Positions 45,891-49,736 of a stretch of DNA of 49,736 nucleotides are shown here, piece by piece; position 1 is the first letter of the stretch, and each line of letters begins with the position of its first letter. A program made the position numbers and the translations under genes. This DNA comes from Anaeramoeba ignava BMAN (lineage: Eukaryota; Protista; Anaeramoebae): assembly GCA_028826165.1 (NCBI GenBank), contig JAPDFW010000048.1, positions 1 to 49,736 of the forward strand. Reading direction: 5' to 3'. The notes beneath the pieces were generated by a model, which was not told the origin of the DNA, did not search any database, and worked only from the letters and a program-made list of their open reading frames with translations.

Positions 45891-46039
45891 ATTTTGTTTT
45901 TTTGATCTTTTTTAGTCATTTTTTCTCAACTTTTTTTTTCTTTTCAGCAAAATTGGAAATGACTAAAAGACTCCAAACAATTTGACAATTTTATTTTTCT
46001 TGTTTTCCTTCTTCATAACATTTAATAATTAGTTTGAAT

Positions 46040-46890
46040 TAATTTTTTATTTAATTTTTTAATTAAATTAAATAAGTTTTAATAAATAAATTAATTTAAA
46101 ATTAATATTTAAAAATAATTTTATTATTATTTATTATTAATTTATTATCTATTTATTTATATTTTATAAATTAAATATTTTATTAATTTTTTATTTGATT
46201 TTTTAATTAAATTAAATAAGTTTTAATAAATAAATTAATATAAAATTAATATTTAAAAATAATTTTATTATTATTTATTATTAATTTATTATTTATTTAT
46301 TTATATTTTATAAATAAAATATTTTATTAATTTTTTATTTAATTTTTTAATTAAATTAAATAAGTTTTAATAAATAAATTAATATAAAATTAATATTTAA
46401 AAATAATTTTATTATTATTTATTATTAATTTATTATTTATTTATTTATATTTTTGTAAATAAAATATTTTATTAATTTTTATTTAATTTTTAATTAAATT
46501 AAATAAGTTTTTAATAAATAAATCAATATAAAATTAATATTTTAAAAATAATTTTATTATTATTTTTATTATTAATTTATTATTTTTAGTTATTTATATT
46601 TTATAAATTAAATATTTTATTAATTTTTATTTAATTTTTAATTAAATTAAATAAGTTTTAATAAATAAATTAATTTAAAATTAATATTTAAAAATAATTT
46701 TATTATTATTTATTATTAATTTATTATTTAGTTATTTATATTTTATAAATTAAATATTTTATTAATTTTTATTTAATTTTTTAATTGAATTAAATAAGTT
46801 TTAATAAATAAATTAATATAAAATTAATATTTAGAAATAATTTTATTATTATTTATTATTAATTTATTATTTAGTTATTTATATTTTTCT
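46040..46890. repeat. Second block of the ~143-bp satellite (~6 units)
   Basis: Same unit and orientation as 38510-39640; anchors at approx. 46073, 46217, 46361, 46504, 46652 and 46795. Confidence 0.85.
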
Positions 46891-46897
46891 TTTATTC

Positions 46898-47229
46898 AAA
46901 ATCAATCAATCAATCAATTCAATCAATCCAATCACCAACAATGTCAATCCACCACCAATCAATCCATCAATCAATCAACCACCATCAATCAACCAATCAA
47001 CCAATCAATCAATCACAACCAAATCCAATCAATCAATCACCAATTAATCAATCATCATCAATCAATCAATCACCACAACCAATCCAATCAATCGGTCAAT
47101 TACCAATCAATCAATCAATCAATTCAATCAATCAACCAATTACCAATCAATCAACCAACCAATGTCAATCACCAATCACCAATACCACCACCAATCAATC
47201 AATCAACCAATCAATCAATCCCAATCACC

Positions 47230-47289
<60 letters not shown>

Positions 47290-47310
47290 CAATCAATCAA
47301 TCAATCAATA
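46898..47310. repeat. Degenerate (TCAA)n microsatellite
   Basis: Follows the satellite through a junction (ttctttattcaaa-like) matching the one at ~39640. Confidence 0.9.
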
Positions 47311-47420
47311 ATTAGTTAATTTTAAAAAGAAAAAGAAAAATAAAAACAATTTTGATTTGATTTGATTTTTCTTTTATTGAAAAAAAAAGAATTGGAAAAA
47401 AAAAGAATTGAAAAAAAAAA

Positions 47421-47885
47421 TTAATATTTTTTGGAATTATTTTTGGAAATTTGATCCAAATTAAAATGAATTTTCTTTTTAAATGGAGAAAGATTTTGTG
47501 AAAAATTATCTTTAAAATTTTCTTGAAGTTGATAAAAATTATTCAATTCTTGTTCAATATCATTTCTTATTTCTTTATTTTTATTTCTTCCAATTTCAAA
47601 AATTCCCCAATGAAATTTTAATAATCCAAAAATAAAAAGAGTTTTTCGAATTTCATTAATTAAATTGAAATGTTGATGATGATTTGGAATATGTTTCTTT
47701 TGAATAATATTTGTTGTAATATCTTTGAATTCTGATCCAAATCTACAAAGAATATTTCCATCTAAACTCATTAAAATAAAAGAATTTCTGTTATTATTTT
47801 TGTTATCATTATTGTTATTATTATTGTTATTATTATTGTTATTGTTATTATTATTATTATTGTTATTGTTGTTATTATTATTATC

Positions 47886-47936
<51 letters not shown>

Positions 47937-49736
47937 GTTATTGTTGTTATTATTGTTATCTTTCTTGATATTTCTCATTTTCAAATCTAAAATAAATTCC
48001 ATAATATCTTCAATTTCTTGTTGAGTTAAAAATATCCAAATTTTTGATTTTGTTTTTGTTTCAATTATTAATAAAATTCTTGTAAAAAATCTTAATCTAA
48101 AATTTAATATTTCTTTTTGATTAATTGAATTGATAAAATTTTGAGTAACATATAAATTCTTTAAGAAATTTTCATTTTGAAATTGGGGATTCATTTTTGG
48201 ATAAATCATTTCTGGAATTTTTTGAATTAATTTGAAATATGAATTTGTTTTAATTTTTGAATTGATATTTTCTTGAATAAGAAAAGGAATATTAATTTTA
48301 TTTTCTTTATTTGCTTCAAATTTATTTCCAATTATCAATAATTGTTGTTCTTCTTCATGAATTGACATTTCTAATTTTAAATGAGTTTCTTAATTTGAAT
48401 TATCATCTTTTTGTGATGAATAAAATTTTTCAGGTAAAGATTGAAAAGAATTTTCAAAATTAATTTCAATTTTTTCTAATTTATTCAAAATTCTTATTTT
48501 GATTTGATTTCCTCTTGATTCAAATTCTGAAATTTCATTTGTAATTTGTTTAAATATATTTTCAATTTGTTGTTTTTTGAATTGAATAAATTCTTTGATA
48601 ATTTCTTTAGAATCTTTCATTTCACTTTTTTTTGAATATTGCTTCCAATAATCTTGAATATTTTGTTTGATAAATATTTCTCCTTCTTTTCCAAATAATT
48701 TAAATAATTTTCTTTTCTTTTCTAATTCTTTAATTTCTAAAATCCATTCAAAAATTTCACTTTTAATAATTGTATTAATTTCTTGAATAATTTCATGAAT
48801 TGAAATAAGAGAAAATTGTTTCAAATCATTAATAAAAGTAAATGAAATTATATCTATTGATTTTAATTTGGTTTTATCAATTTCTTTTTCTATTTTTTCA
48901 ATTTCTTTTTCTGTTTTATTCTTTTTTTTAATTAATTTCTTTTTTTTCTTCATTAATTTCTCTTTTTTTTTTTGATTTGAATTTTCAAAAGATTTAATTT
49001 CTTTTTCAATTTTTGAAATTTTTGTTTGAATTTTTTCAAATTTTTCTGTTAATTTTTTCATTTTGAATTTGATAACTTTAGGATCATTTTCATCATTTTC
49101 ATCATTTTCATCATTTTCATCATTTTCATCATTTTCATTTTCATTATTGTTATTGTTATTGTTATTATTGTTTTTGTTGTTTTCTTCTTCTGATAAAGAA
49201 AGAATTGATTTTATAAAAATAGATGTTGGTTGTGGAATAACAAATGATATTTTTTGTGTTCCATAATTTAATTTTCTCATTCTCATTGCTCCTTGAAGAA
49301 GTTGAACTGTTTGTGTTTTTTCAGAAATTGATAAAAGAGCTTCACAAAATAATGGTTGTTGAATATCTGCTCCAATAGTATGACTTTGATCATAAAAAGT
49401 AAATATTTCTTCTTGATTAAGTTGTGTTATTGTTTGAATTGTTTTTGGATCACTTCTTCCAATTCTTATTACTTGAAATTTCAAATTAAAATCATTTTCT
49501 TCTTCATTTTCTTTGATTATTGAAAGAAAATCTTTTTCATCAAAAAATAAAATTCCTTTGATTTTGATTTCTGTTTTTGTTTCTGTTTCTGTTTCTTTTT
49601 CTTCTTTTTCTTTTTCTTTTTTATGTTTTGAAAAAAATATCATCATTTCTTTGGCAATTTCTGTATTTGTAAATCCTTTGAAATATGCTCCAACATCAAT
49701 AAAAGTTTGAAATGGAAAATTGTTTTCATTCTTTTT
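47421..49736 (-). CDS. Large DUF3638/DUF3645-associated-type protein, C-terminal part (5' end outside the window; one in-frame TAA at 48390-48392)
   Basis: The frame is open from the window edge: TFIDVGAYFKGFTNTEIAK...TFYDQSHTIGADI...LLQGAMRMRKL. This resembles the IDVGA / D..HT.G.D / Q..MRMRKL motifs I recall for this family. ORFs 48390-49646 and 47421-48368 are in the same frame, 7 codons apart. Confidence 0.6.

Noticed and set aside
46941-47315. 124-aa SINQ-repeat ORF
   Set aside because: It is a translation of a degenerate (TCAA)n tract.
48390-48392. Stop-codon reassignment (TAA=Gln)
   Set aside because: TAA terminates many genes here at their expected ends, and no other internal TAA occurs in conserved exons.

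Overview
This is an extremely AT-rich, intron-rich eukaryotic (protist) window with about 16 protein-coding genes, mostly on the minus strand. The style resembles Anaeramoeba-type metamonad genomes (RCC1-, ANK- and Kelch-BTB expansions), but that is an inference only. Manual splicing gives a Kelch-BTB-BTB gene (partial), a nucleoside hydrolase, a small ankyrin-repeat gene, ORMDL, PTEN and a tandem array of four RCC1-BTB-BTB genes. It also gives a hypothetical gene, a TEN1-like OB-fold gene, an SH3 protein with 41 proline repeats, an AGC kinase, an ANK-BTB-BTB gene, a divergent DEAD-box helicase and a DUF3638-like gene (partial). The main discovery is in the ankyrin gene (5269-7214). Each internal repeat is a 96-nt exon, one codon short of the 33-aa repeat, and the missing residue appears to come from a 3-nt single-codon microexon (AG|NNN|GT) at each junction. 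One junction carries two such microexons. Also notable are hypervariable loops in the BTB adaptor repertoire, a duplicated ~143-bp satellite plus (TCAA)n composite element, frequent AAG acceptors, and two degraded 'ghost' duplications that are probably assembly artefacts. Most ORF-track entries over low-complexity DNA are spurious.
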